Shown piece by piece: positions 27,797-36,924 of a stretch of DNA of 59,492 bases; the first letter of the stretch is position 1; every line of letters begins with the position of its first letter. Both the position numbers and the translations under genes were made by a program. Where the stretch lies: the IMG/VR virus record IMGVR_UViG_3300044940_000188, positions 1 to 59,492 of that record; one strand, given 5' to 3'. The notes beneath the pieces were generated by a model. The model was not told the DNA's origin and did no database searches. It saw nothing but the letters and a program-made list of their open reading frames with translations. This stretch comes from a virus.

Positions 27797-28109
27797 GCTG
27801 AATCTCCCTCACGTCGAATAGGATCTCGTCCTCTCGAGTCTGACCGGCGCTAGTGGTCACCGTGAACGTAACGGTGTACTCTTCACCACTAACCCCGCCC
27901 TCAGCGTAATACGCAAAGCGGTCCGAATCTGGACCGATCACGATGTCAGTGATTTCAAACGGCGGAGTAGTCGCATTGTCGACCGTCGCAGTTACCGTAG
28001 TGATGCGCTCACCTTCCTCCAGCCAACGAGAATAGTTCACCAGCCGGCGACGAACTTCGTTCGGCTGCTGAACATAACGCCCAAGGATGCTGTAGGCCCC
28101 TATGCGCAT
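27789..28109 (-). CDS. Small virion protein (106 aa)
   Basis: ATG 28109 has GAGG 6 nt upstream. The longer 28166 start is rejected. Confidence 0.6.
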   Translation of the reverse strand: MRIGAYSILGRYVQQPNEVRRRLVNYSRWLEEGERITTVTATVDNATTPPFEITDIVIGPDSDRFAYYAEGGVSGEEYTVTFTVTTSAGQTREDEILFDVREIQRG

Positions 28110-28726
28110 GACGACCTCGAGATCACCGGCTGGCAACAAGATTCTACCCCAGATCGCGGTGCGCACGCACGATCACTGGCAAGCAGACGGCGGCCAAGAT
28201 AAACATCAAAAGCCAGCAGGGCTGATTCACCAAGAGTCTCGCCAAGCGTCAAATTGTCGGCGAGCGGCGTGGTAGAAAGCTGGCCTACTGTCTCCCCAGG
28301 AACAATCCGAAAGTACCCACCATTCTCCGTAAACGCGTACAGAAAGTAGTCCTCTCCGTCCACTTCCAGTGGAGCGCCGAGAATACTGTCAGAATCCCAG
28401 TAAACCAGAAGGCGCGAAGTAGCGGCTGTACCAGTGTCCTCAAACAGGACTACGTGGTGAGCAGAACGGTCATCAAAAATCTGCGCCCACTTTATAGGTG
28501 ACCGCGCAGAATAAACCCGAGCGTCTCCTTCGCCGATCACATCGGGTACATCGACAGCGCTGCTCGTATCAATCACAAACGTGTTACTTATATCGCTACG
28601 ATACACATGGGATGCGCTGTACACAAAACCTTGTGCAAGGAGAAGCGCCTTGAAAGTACCACCTTCCCATTCAAGGGTCCCATCGACCAGAGCCTGAGCC
28701 GCAACAGGGTAAACACGTGCTGCCAT
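28100..28726 (-). CDS. Virion or tail protein (208 aa)
   Basis: ATG 28726 overlaps the upstream stop (TGATG). Confidence 0.6.
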   Translation of the reverse strand: MAARVYPVAAQALVDGTLEWEGGTFKALLLAQGFVYSASHVYRSDISNTFVIDTSSAVDVPDVIGEGDARVYSARSPIKWAQIFDDRSAHHVVLFEDTGTAATSRLLVYWDSDSILGAPLEVDGEDYFLYAFTENGGYFRIVPGETVGQLSTTPLADNLTLGETLGESALLAFDVYLGRRLLASDRACAPRSGVESCCQPVISRSSCA

Positions 28727-29424
28727 CAATGTCTCGCCACGTTCCATCCACCGGGGAACACCCAGTTCTGAGTCCCGTTGAAACCAGTGTCAGCCTCAGA
28801 ACGCCAGCGACCGATCTCTGACATGAACCGTCGACGGTGCTCACCGGCAAGAATGAGATTTGAGTACGGTTTATTGGGGTGCAAAAGGACCCTCGACAAG
28901 TACCCATTGAGGATCGCGTCGTAGAACTTGATCGCGGCAATACGAGGCAAATGCTCGACAGATTGCTTCGGAGTCAGAGCAACGTCCACAGCCAACGTAC
29001 CAAGGCCGTTTGACTCAAGTTGCGGGTACAATTTGATTGCGTCAGGCGGGTGGCTGACGTAGTACACCACCGGACGGTTCGTAGTCGAGTCTGTCTCAAG
29101 TGGCGGGGAGGCAATCGGCGCTAGCTGACTGTAAGCATTCGTGTCAGTAGGCTTAAACATGACACGAAGGACAGCCACCACATTGGAGAACTCGTCGTAC
29201 GGCGAGAGCCAGTACTCCTTGTCACCGGTCCGGGCAGCGATGTTGGACATGCGTACGCGCCATGCGTAGGACCGCTCGAAAAACTCGCGGGCAGCGAGGA
29301 CAAGCTCGCGGGCAGCGACAGCGCGCACCAGCCCGGGCGTCAGCGGGAGCGCATCCTTGAGCCACGTATCTAGCGTGACGTCGCACTCGCACCCAGTACC
29401 TTCGAGGAAGACCGAGTCAGTCAT
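28726..29424 (-). CDS. Virion protein (232 aa), head-tail joining region by position
   Basis: Compact spacing within the late operon; no motif recognised. Confidence 0.6.
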   Translation of the reverse strand: MTDSVFLEGTGCECDVTLDTWLKDALPLTPGLVRAVAARELVLAAREFFERSYAWRVRMSNIAARTGDKEYWLSPYDEFSNVVAVLRVMFKPTDTNAYSQLAPIASPPLETDSTTNRPVVYYVSHPPDAIKLYPQLESNGLGTLAVDVALTPKQSVEHLPRIAAIKFYDAILNGYLSRVLLHPNKPYSNLILAGEHRRRFMSEIGRWRSEADTGFNGTQNWVFPGGWNVARH

Positions 29425-29426
29425 GA

Positions 29427-29795
29427 TCAGATCCCCAACAGCGTCGAGCGAAACTGCTGAAGCAACATCATCGCACGACCGTCCTCAGTAAACTCGTCGT
29501 TTGTAATCTCTGTGACTGCAACAACGTAGTTCACGAGTGCGGGGATGAACTGCTCCTCGATCTCAATCTCGGCGGACAAAGCAGTCTCACCGGTACCGGG
29601 AGTCCCGGCAGCAATGCGAGGTACGTTCAGGGAGTTTGCGTCGTACAGAGAGTAGAACGCATCAGGACGCAGGCGTGCAAGTTCCAGCAAGCCGCGGTTG
29701 AGTACGGCTACGAGGTCGGCGTCCGAAAACCGGTTATCTACCGTGTCCTGAAGCAGAACCCGGCTATCGTCTATGATCGTCTGATACGTAGCCAT
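29427..29795 (-). CDS. Putative head-tail connector or adaptor (122 aa)
   Basis: First gene after the MCP terminator, with GGGAGGAG upstream. N-terminus ...LLQDTVDNRFSDADLVAVLNRGL is typical of head-completion proteins. Confidence 0.6.
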   Translation of the reverse strand: MATYQTIIDDSRVLLQDTVDNRFSDADLVAVLNRGLLELARLRPDAFYSLYDANSLNVPRIAAGTPGTGETALSAEIEIEEQFIPALVNYVVAVTEITNDEFTEDGRAMMLLQQFRSTLLGI

Positions 29796-29809
29796 GGGCT
29801 CCTCCCGTT

Positions 29810-29843
29810 AAGAAACCCGGGGGGCCTGTTACAGCCCCCCGGG
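29810..29843 (-). terminator. Intrinsic terminator downstream of the major capsid gene
   Basis: 10-bp stem CCCGGGGGGC / GCCCCCCGGG with an 8-nt loop, followed on the minus strand by TTTCTT. Confidence 0.7.
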
Positions 29844-29854
29844 TCCGTCAGGGC

Positions 29855-30841
29855 TTAGCCCTTGGCGACAACACCGCGACCAATCGCGACGCCATTCACC
29901 ACCTTGAAGCCGTAGACCTGTAGGCCACGGAGCAGGTTGGAGAAGGACCGCTCGGAGCGAATCGTCTCCATCTTGGTGAACTGCGCAGCAAAAGTCAGCG
30001 CCGCACTGGTACCAAACAGGATCGGATACTCGTCGTCGTAGTCATCCTGCGGGAGCAGCAGATTCGACAGGTACAGCGTGAACCGGTCAATCATGCCAAT
30101 CCGCCCATTCCGCAGAATGCTCGTGCCATCACCAGACAGCGAAGCATCCTTCAGTTCGGACTTTTTGATCTTCGCAGCAATCCACGCAGGCACAACCATC
30201 CACCGACCAGTCTCGGGAATGTTTTGCTCATCAAGGACCTGACCACACTCAACGATGTAGTCAACAATGGCCTTGTCGTTGGAGCTGTTATTACCGGACC
30301 CCGTACCCTGCGAAGCAGAGTTGACGAAGACCGGCACGCCATACTCACCGAGGTTGATATCCCCCGACACCTTACCAGCAGCAAGTCCCCGATTGAGAGA
30401 GTTGATGTCAGTAGTGGTGGCGAGGTAGTTCAGCACGTCGGTGTCGACAGCGATCTTCATCTGCTCGGCAGCATCTTCAGCCCACACAGAGAGCAAATCA
30501 ATGTCCGACTGGATCTCCATCACGTCATCAAGAGCAAGGTTGAAGTACTTACCCTTGTTGATCAACAGCTCGACGACATTGCTACCCGGCCGACGAACCG
30601 TAAGGTCCTGATTAGCAGAGTAGTTGTCAATCTGAATCGTCGGACGCGTGCGAATCTTGACGATATCGCCTTGGTTCCGAATCTCACCTTCGTAGTCCGT
30701 ATTCGCGATGGCGCCAAGCACCGTCGCTGCATAGAACTTCTCGATGAGCTTGCCAGACCAAACCTCAGGGATGAACGTACCCGAGTAGGCCGGAGACGGG
30801 TTAAGTCCAGACCACGGGGTACCAACTACAGGATAAGCCAT
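29855..30841 (-). CDS. Major capsid protein (HK97-fold type)
   Basis: IPEVWSGKLIEKFYAATVLGAIANTDYEGEIRNQGDIVKI is a typical N-terminal MCP signature. It follows the scaffold gene and is followed by a terminator. Confidence 0.85.
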   Translation of the reverse strand: MAYPVVGTPWSGLNPSPAYSGTFIPEVWSGKLIEKFYAATVLGAIANTDYEGEIRNQGDIVKIRTRPTIQIDNYSANQDLTVRRPGSNVVELLINKGKYFNLALDDVMEIQSDIDLLSVWAEDAAEQMKIAVDTDVLNYLATTTDINSLNRGLAAGKVSGDINLGEYGVPVFVNSASQGTGSGNNSSNDKAIVDYIVECGQVLDEQNIPETGRWMVVPAWIAAKIKKSELKDASLSGDGTSILRNGRIGMIDRFTLYLSNLLLPQDDYDDEYPILFGTSAALTFAAQFTKMETIRSERSFSNLLRGLQVYGFKVVNGVAIGRGVVAKG

Positions 30842-30868
30842 TGCAGTTACTCCTCAAACTAAAAACGG

Positions 30869-31951
30869 TCAACCAACAACCCGGCCTTCAGCGAGAGCTT
30901 TCGCGAGTTCCCGTTCCTCCTTCTGGAGATAGTCGGGGATTGGCTTCCCACGACGGGTATACTCGTTCCTCTTCGCATACAAAGCACGGAGTTCAGCGCG
31001 GGTCCACACCCGCTTACCGCCTTCATTGGGAGCGCCTGCTGGCCCGGTTTTTGGCGTTCCGGGAGCCGTGAACTCACTCAGGTCACGCTGTGATTCCTCG
31101 CCTTTAGGCTTCGGAGCAGCGCGGCCGTCACTAGATGCAGTCACAGCAGCGTTTTCCTGCAGAAAGCGCGTGAAGAAAGCGATCACCCTTTGGGCATCAT
31201 TCTTTCCGTACGCATCTCTGAGCATCTGACCGCGGACCTGACCAGAGAAAGGATCCACCTGATCCAGCCACGCCAAGAACTTCGGATCGCTGTTCAGCTC
31301 GTTCCAGTTCGGAACTTCCTCAGTCAAAGCCGCAAACAAACGCTCACGAGCAGATTGTGCCACAGAAGTAGCGGCAGTGGAAGCGGTCTCCTCCACCTTC
31401 TGGATTTTTGACTTAAGTTCAGCGGTTTGGTCTTCAGCCTGCTTGGCCGCAATCTGCGCTGCAGTGCGCAGGATGAAATCGTAGAGGTCAGGACCAAACG
31501 CCTTGATTTCTTCCTCTGTGACAGGTGCCAGAGAGGTCTTGGTCGGCGTTTTGTTGGACGAAGCGGCAACCTTGATCTCGAGTTCCGCCAGCCGATTGCG
31601 CAGTTCCGCATTGACGGCCATCAAATCGTTCACCTGCGCCGTTAGACGTGGCACCTCCGCATTGTACTTGCCCTGAAGAACGTTGTACCGCTGCTTGTAA
31701 TCGTCAGCAGAAGTACCTGCACTACCATCCGGCGCTTGTGCAGCAGGCTCACTCTTCTGGGGAGCAGTCGCCGGAGGAGATGTAGGATCACCTCCCTCCG
31801 CAGCCTTCGATTCCGGCTCAGGTTTCACCGGCTCATCGTCGGCAGGGGGCGAACCTGCTTGCGCTTTCTTGATCTCCTCTGCGATTTGGTTTGCTTTGGC
31901 GATCTGGTCTCGTACGGCACGTGGAAGGTTAGTAGCAGGCAGAGCACTCAC
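30869..31951 (-). CDS. Scaffolding protein
   Basis: Coiled-coil, Ala/Glu/Lys/Pro-rich, 360 aa, immediately upstream of the MCP. GGGGGA lies 6 nt upstream of GTG 31951. Confidence 0.7.
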   Translation of the reverse strand: MSALPATNLPRAVRDQIAKANQIAEEIKKAQAGSPPADDEPVKPEPESKAAEGGDPTSPPATAPQKSEPAAQAPDGSAGTSADDYKQRYNVLQGKYNAEVPRLTAQVNDLMAVNAELRNRLAELEIKVAASSNKTPTKTSLAPVTEEEIKAFGPDLYDFILRTAAQIAAKQAEDQTAELKSKIQKVEETASTAATSVAQSARERLFAALTEEVPNWNELNSDPKFLAWLDQVDPFSGQVRGQMLRDAYGKNDAQRVIAFFTRFLQENAAVTASSDGRAAPKPKGEESQRDLSEFTAPGTPKTGPAGAPNEGGKRVWTRAELRALYAKRNEYTRRGKPIPDYLQKEERELAKALAEGRVVG

Positions 31952-31974
31952 GTGTATTCCCCCTGACGGTTACG

Positions 31975-32232
31975 TTACTCCCTAGAGCTGGCGGCGGTTC
32001 CCTTGAACCGCTCAACAGTCTCCGGGGCCTCGGTGTTGGCCTTGACGAACTCGCGCAAAGCACGGATAAACCCTTGCTCACGGTAGAAGGACGTAGGAAT
32101 GTCCGTCGTAAGCAGGGCGTCCATGCTCTGCTTGTCGGCCGCCTGCAGCCAGTCAAGTACAGCCTCAAAATCCGGATTGCCCCGCAGGCGGGACAACGCC
32201 TCAGCAGCACGTTCAGTCAGTACAAGTCTCAC
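31975..32232 (-). CDS. Hypothetical 85-aa protein
   Basis: GTG overlaps the upstream stop (GTGA). Balanced composition. Confidence 0.55.
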   Translation of the reverse strand: MRLVLTERAAEALSRLRGNPDFEAVLDWLQAADKQSMDALLTTDIPTSFYREQGFIRALREFVKANTEAPETVERFKGTAASSRE

Positions 32233-32432
32233 AGCACAAACATCTTCTGATACCGAGCATCGCGCGCCTTGTCGTCATCGAAGACGCCACTACGGGCGGC
32301 GGCAACAGCTTTGCCGTTCTTCGAGAAATCGCGTTGCATACGCGCGTTCCACTCAGCAGGACCAAAGTTGATGTCGCGCGCGCCATCGAGATCACGAAGA
32401 CGCGCGTCCTTGATGACCCTACTGTTCTTCAT
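32229..32432 (-). CDS. Hypothetical 67-aa protein
   Basis: GAGGA lies 6 nt upstream of ATG 32432. Confidence 0.55.
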   Translation of the reverse strand: MKNSRVIKDARLRDLDGARDINFGPAEWNARMQRDFSKNGKAVAAARSGVFDDDKARDARYQKMFVL

Positions 32433-32441
32433 GGTAGGTCC

Positions 32442-32621
32442 TCACTTGCCGCCAGAACGATTCGGCGGCAAATCACGGTTACCCTTGGTGCCACCGGCGA
32501 ACTTGCCGCCAAGACCAGCAGCACCCTTGTGTGACTCACCGGAACCGCCATGACCGCCTTTCGACAGGTTGTGATTCATGTCGCGATTGCCTTTGGTGTC
32601 ACCGAGAAACTTGCCCTTCAT
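32442..32621 (-). CDS. Gly-rich 59-aa protein with an internal repeat GKF.G(D/G)TKGNRD
   Basis: ATG 32621 has GAGGG 8 nt upstream. The repeat is read from the translation. Confidence 0.5.
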   Translation of the reverse strand: MKGKFLGDTKGNRDMNHNLSKGGHGGSGESHKGAAGLGGKFAGGTKGNRDLPPNRSGGK

Positions 32622-32675
32622 GTTACAAACCCTCGCAGTTGAAAAGTGGAAGACAGAGAAACTATACCACAATTG

Positions 32676-32870
32676 TCAGGCACCAAGGTCTTCAAGTTGC
32701 TGCCGACGCCTGTTCTGAAGGATGTCCCGGGTACTGCCAGTAGGCGGAGACGCCTTGGGCGGTGCCTTGGGCGGCGGCCGGCGGGGGCCGCGGTTATTAC
32801 TGTTGCGCACGACACCGCCATCGGCGTACATAACCTTGGACTTTTTCGTAGCGCACTTTTTGCCACGCAT
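32676..32870 (-). CDS. Highly basic 64-aa protein directly after the portal gene
   Basis: GGAGG lies 5 nt upstream of ATG 32870. Rich in K, R and P. Confidence 0.55.
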   Translation of the reverse strand: MRGKKCATKKSKVMYADGGVVRNSNNRGPRRPPPKAPPKASPPTGSTRDILQNRRRQQLEDLGA

Positions 32871-32871
32871 A

Positions 32872-34995
32872 TCAACCTCCCATCCTCATACCGGGACGTC
32901 CGGTAGGTCCAACAAACTCACCCTCGACAGGGCGCCGTACCTCCTCGGCGGCAGCGCGGGCTTCCGCGGGGCTGGGCTGTTGCCCGGTGGGGATCATGCC
33001 CGGCGGGCCGGCGCCGGGGGAAGGCCCACCGGGAGGTACGGCATTCATCTGGGCTGCCAGCTCCTCATCAGACGGCACAGTGCGCTCGTGGTCCAGTCCA
33101 AGATTCTGGGCAACGCTACGCAGCACAGTAGCTCGCCCCTGCGGGCCGACAATCGCCATATCGATAGGGTTGGCAGTCAGCTGCAGGAACTCCAACTGCC
33201 GCATCCGATCCTGCTCACGCTTCACAGCATGGTTGACACCACGCACGTCAATGACCTCATCACCGCGGAGAACGCCGGGTTGCGTCAGCATCACCATGTC
33301 GTACAAATTCGTGATGAGTGGTTCAATGACGTCTCGGTCAATGGTGGCAGCAACATTCTGCAAAGTCTTGCTAGCGTTGCCCATAAGCATGGCCAGACCG
33401 GACGCCGTACGCCCTGCACCTCCAACCCGCTCATTACCGAGCATGTAACGCGGCAGGGAGCTGATCTCGTCGGCCATGATAGAAAACTTCTCGTAGACCA
33501 TCAGCAAGTCCTGAGAGTTCGAATTGGGCTGGAAAAACTCGACCGGGCTGCGACCGGAAGACGCGACATTGGGATCGTAACTGACCTCCCACCGCTTCCA
33601 CGGGTACAAAGACGTCTCAGCACCCGGAAGAAGGGCTTCACGGTTGATGACTACCTGCGGACCAGAGGATATGGACAGGTTGTTGACAAGTGAACGAACC
33701 GTGGCGTTACAGACGGTCTGAACATCCTCAAGAAGCTCTGGCAGGCCGGCACCGATCAAGCCACCTGGAATTTTCTCGAAGGACGAAATGTAGTAGGGGG
33801 CTCGCTGTGTCGTGTAGGGATTGATCTGAACCTTGATGATCCAGCGGTCAATAAGCCACGCCGTGACAAAATACTCCTCAACCTCGTCAGGCACTTTCTC
33901 CTCGGGCATCCCCCAGTCACGCAACAGGCGTCCAGAAACAAAACCGGTAAACTCGGCACAGTCAATCAGCGTCGATGACGTAGCCCGACCCCACCTCTCG
34001 CGTTCCTCAAGATCGCGTCGTTCAGCCTCCACGGAACTCCACCACTCAGAGAGCCCGCTGTTCCAAAACCGCTCCAATACCTGCGTGATGGCGTCGTCGT
34101 CATACCCAGGAACTCCTCTCAGCTGTGTCAAATCAGCCCTCGAAAGGCGTATGCGTTCGATGAAATTGGCGTGCTGAACGCGACTGGCACCGGGCGACCA
34201 GTACAAGTCAAATGGTGACACGCGCTCCCAGAACATCTTCGGAACACGCTGTTGGATGGGCGCGCCATTCTGCCACTTGGTCTGAACAACGTTCCTGACC
34301 ACGGGACCCTTGATGACCGCGTACGGAAAGATTGGCAGGTCGATGAGAAACTCAGCTAGGGCCTCGTAATAACCGCCCTCTACCAATATGTCGTTAAGTA
34401 GGCTGGTTGCGGCCGCAGCTTCCTCGGTGGCTTTCTTCTTGCTTGCACGCTTGGCAGCCTTGCGCAACTGCGTCACACGGTCGTCGATCATCTGCTGGTC
34501 GACTGACTGACCGTTCTTCTGAAGGGTAGCAACCTCGGCGTTAACCAACTCGTCGATACTGCGGTTGATATCGTCCGGGATCACCGGTTCTGGGGTTGGG
34601 GTCAACGCCCAGTGCGGCTCAGGACCAAGGTAGACGTCACGCAGCAGGGCGGTGGCAGCCCGGCACTTGGTAGCAGTCAAACGGGCATAGACTTCACTAC
34701 CTCCAAACTTCTTGATCTCGGTTAGGATGTGCGGTGGGTACTGACCGCGGTAGGTCCGAAGTGAGTCAATCAGGCGCTGGGCGATGCCCTCAGAATCGCG
34801 GAAATTCCGCATCTCTGCCAGCTGCCCACGAACAAACGACGCAAGCTGGGAAAGGCTGGCCTCTTCCTCCTGAGCAGCGGCGGCTGCAGCTTCAGCGCGG
34901 TCACGCTCAGCCAGCTGTTGAGGCGACACCACCCGCAACAGGGAACCGGTCTGAGTAGCAACGGGGATAGCCGGAGGGGTAGCCATTAGACCCAT
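32872..34995 (-). CDS. Portal protein
   Basis: 707 aa and located in the terminase-to-scaffold interval. Assigned by size and position; no strict motif. Confidence 0.75.
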   Translation of the reverse strand: MGLMATPPAIPVATQTGSLLRVVSPQQLAERDRAEAAAAAAQEEEASLSQLASFVRGQLAEMRNFRDSEGIAQRLIDSLRTYRGQYPPHILTEIKKFGGSEVYARLTATKCRAATALLRDVYLGPEPHWALTPTPEPVIPDDINRSIDELVNAEVATLQKNGQSVDQQMIDDRVTQLRKAAKRASKKKATEEAAAATSLLNDILVEGGYYEALAEFLIDLPIFPYAVIKGPVVRNVVQTKWQNGAPIQQRVPKMFWERVSPFDLYWSPGASRVQHANFIERIRLSRADLTQLRGVPGYDDDAITQVLERFWNSGLSEWWSSVEAERRDLEERERWGRATSSTLIDCAEFTGFVSGRLLRDWGMPEEKVPDEVEEYFVTAWLIDRWIIKVQINPYTTQRAPYYISSFEKIPGGLIGAGLPELLEDVQTVCNATVRSLVNNLSISSGPQVVINREALLPGAETSLYPWKRWEVSYDPNVASSGRSPVEFFQPNSNSQDLLMVYEKFSIMADEISSLPRYMLGNERVGGAGRTASGLAMLMGNASKTLQNVAATIDRDVIEPLITNLYDMVMLTQPGVLRGDEVIDVRGVNHAVKREQDRMRQLEFLQLTANPIDMAIVGPQGRATVLRSVAQNLGLDHERTVPSDEELAAQMNAVPPGGPSPGAGPPGMIPTGQQPSPAEARAAAEEVRRPVEGEFVGPTGRPGMRMGG

Positions 34996-35016
34996 CCTGT
35001 GGTTAGAATCGTGTCC

Positions 35017-35523
35017 ATGGAAACTGAACTCACCAAATCAGCCCTATCCCAAGAAGTGGCTCTGCCGCAAATCGAAGCATCCGTCGGTCTAGAGCACCTC
35101 TCGGCCACAATCTGCGCTGAACTGGCCGCCGGACTGTCAGAGCCGGCGGACATCCGGGCGAAGTATAACATCAGCAAGGAGCAATGGGACACCCTGCGCC
35201 ACTCGCCAGTTTTCCGGGCTATGATACGGGAAGCGGTCGAGAAGTTCGCCGGAGACTCCAACGCCGGCCGCCGCATCACGATGAAAGCCGAAATCGCCCT
35301 AGAAGACTCAATCCCCACGATATACAGCATGGTACATAACCGGGAAGTGCCGGCCGCCTCACGGCTGGACGCTGCCAAAATTCTGGCAACCCTCGCCAAC
35401 CGCACCGGCAAGATGGCGGAAAACAATAGCAGTGGCGTAGGGTTCTCCGTAAACATCCACATAAACACCGGTGAGAAGAAGGGCGTGGTCATCAACGGTG
35501 AATCAAGTCCACCCACGGACTGA
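35017..35523 (+). CDS. Small-terminase-like or DNA-binding protein encoded on the opposite strand between portal and TerL
   Basis: The plus-frame product has a balanced K/E/D composition and an ...ASRLDAAKILATLANRTGK... segment typical of TerS-like proteins. The co-extensive minus ORF (34986-35516) has 1 Lys in 176 aa and is Ser/Ala/Arg-rich. Start is uncertain: ATG 35017, GTG 35011 or GTG 34999. Confidence 0.6.
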   Translation: METELTKSALSQEVALPQIEASVGLEHLSATICAELAAGLSEPADIRAKYNISKEQWDTLRHSPVFRAMIREAVEKFAGDSNAGRRITMKAEIALEDSIPTIYSMVHNREVPAASRLDAAKILATLANRTGKMAENNSSGVGFSVNIHINTGEKKGVVINGESSPPTD

Positions 35524-36924
35524 CGGCGGCTGCTGTGGAGGCACCGGGTTCAGCCTTGCCATAATCTTCCCCACACTATTCGAGCTAACGCTCAGCGCCA
35601 TGTACTGAAGGCAGTCGGCCAAATCCGACCACGGATGGGTTTTCTCAGGCCTGTCCTCAAGCTCCCCGGTTTTCTTGCGCCGATACCGATACCCATGTTT
35701 CAGAGCGTGAACAAGCGTCGGGCACCCAGGTCCGGAAATCATCAACGCAGGACCGCCATCAATCTGCTGCAGGAACAGCTGCTCCACTGCCCTGATCCGC
35801 GGGTCGATGTCATTGGTCACAGCCGGAAACGCGTCAAAACCGAGGCGTTTAAGGGCCTTGATCGGGGATTCCTCGCCAATCGGTCCTTTGGCGTTGCCGG
35901 CCGGATCGCACACCACGAAGATGCGGCGCCCCATGTAGTGCTGATAGATTAATGGGCGCGTTTCCGTAATAGTGAACTGCTCCAGCCCTTTGTCAGTGCT
36001 GAACAGCTCCCGCATGATCACCAACCGCCCCCGATTCGTAACCTGACCAAACAAACAGGCGGGAGTGCGACCAAAGTCGTGCCCAATCATGATCGGAATA
36101 TGGTCCTGCGGCTCTATGTACTCGTTGACCACGTGAAACTCAGGCTTGAAGCTGGCTCTCCACACAGCCTGCCCACTTAACGACTTGCCATATTTGGCAT
36201 GAACGTGAACATCAACCCAGTCAGGACTGTTGTTCGCTACAAGTAGATCGTAGTACCCGTCTGGTAGGTTCTCGACATTCTCAGCGTTTGGTTCAGTACC
36301 GCCCGGCTGACGGAAGATCGTCCAATTAGGCGGCTTGTCCTTCTCCAGCTTGTGGTACCACTCACTATCCTCGTCCGGGGGGTTCGACTCAGCAACGATA
36401 CCCTTCCACGAGCATGGGGCAATAGCTTTGGCAGGGAATCGCCCAAGACGACCAGAAAGGGCGTCAATGAGCGACGGGGAGACTTCACGAAACTCAGACA
36501 CCCACGCTCCGGTCAGGTTCAGCGACAGCAACCGCTGCTGATCTTCCTTGGTATCTAACGGAATGAGCATCCAATCCGATACCACTTTGGTACCGTCAGG
36601 CAGTGGGGTACGAATCTGGATGGTGTTCTCGGCAACCTTGAAGGTCATGATCGGCCCAAGCCACAGCTGGATGTCCGCCAAACACGTCTGACGAAGTTGC
36701 GGGAGCGTGTTGCGAATGATCGCAAACCGGGTGAGCCGTCGCCCACGGGCATCCGGCGCCTGCATCTTGGCACGACGCAGAAGCTCCATGAAACAACCAG
36801 CCGACTTACCCGAGCCAACCGGACCGATGATGAGTCGAACGAACGACTCGTCAAGCATGAATCGCCCGATGGTTGGAGGGGTAACGTAGTTGAGAACCGA
36901 CGGGTTAGGGTCGTTGGAACTCAC
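35503..36924 (-). CDS. terL: Terminase large subunit
   Basis: Walker A GPVGSGKSAG and Walker B-like GAWVSEFRE. Nuclease acidic motifs IGHDFG, VCDPAG and HPWSDLADC. Confidence 0.9.
   Translation of the reverse strand: MSSNDPNPSVLNYVTPPTIGRFMLDESFVRLIIGPVGSGKSAGCFMELLRRAKMQAPDARGRRLTRFAIIRNTLPQLRQTCLADIQLWLGPIMTFKVAENTIQIRTPLPDGTKVVSDWMLIPLDTKEDQQRLLSLNLTGAWVSEFREVSPSLIDALSGRLGRFPAKAIAPCSWKGIVAESNPPDEDSEWYHKLEKDKPPNWTIFRQPGGTEPNAENVENLPDGYYDLLVANNSPDWVDVHVHAKYGKSLSGQAVWRASFKPEFHVVNEYIEPQDHIPIMIGHDFGRTPACLFGQVTNRGRLVIMRELFSTDKGLEQFTITETRPLIYQHYMGRRIFVVCDPAGNAKGPIGEESPIKALKRLGFDAFPAVTNDIDPRIRAVEQLFLQQIDGGPALMISGPGCPTLVHALKHGYRYRRKKTGELEDRPEKTHPWSDLADCLQYMALSVSSNSVGKIMARLNPVPPQQPPSVRGWT

Noticed and set aside
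32622-32630. GTTACAAAC half-site upstream of gene 32442-32621, and isolated TTGTAA hexamers at about 43133 and about 56276
   Set aside because: Only one arm of the palindrome is present and there is no partner TTACAA or TTGTAA at N3 spacing, so they are not counted as motif copies.
34986-35516. Minus-strand 176-aa ORF that exactly fills the TerL-portal gap, with overlapping start and stop like the other coupled late genes
   Set aside because: Its composition (1 Lys, about 15% Ser, Ala/Arg/Leu-rich, several Cys, Trp and Met) looks like an antisense shadow. It shares third codon positions with the plus-frame ORF, which has a normal composition and a TerS-like segment. I am not fully certain; see the corresponding finding.
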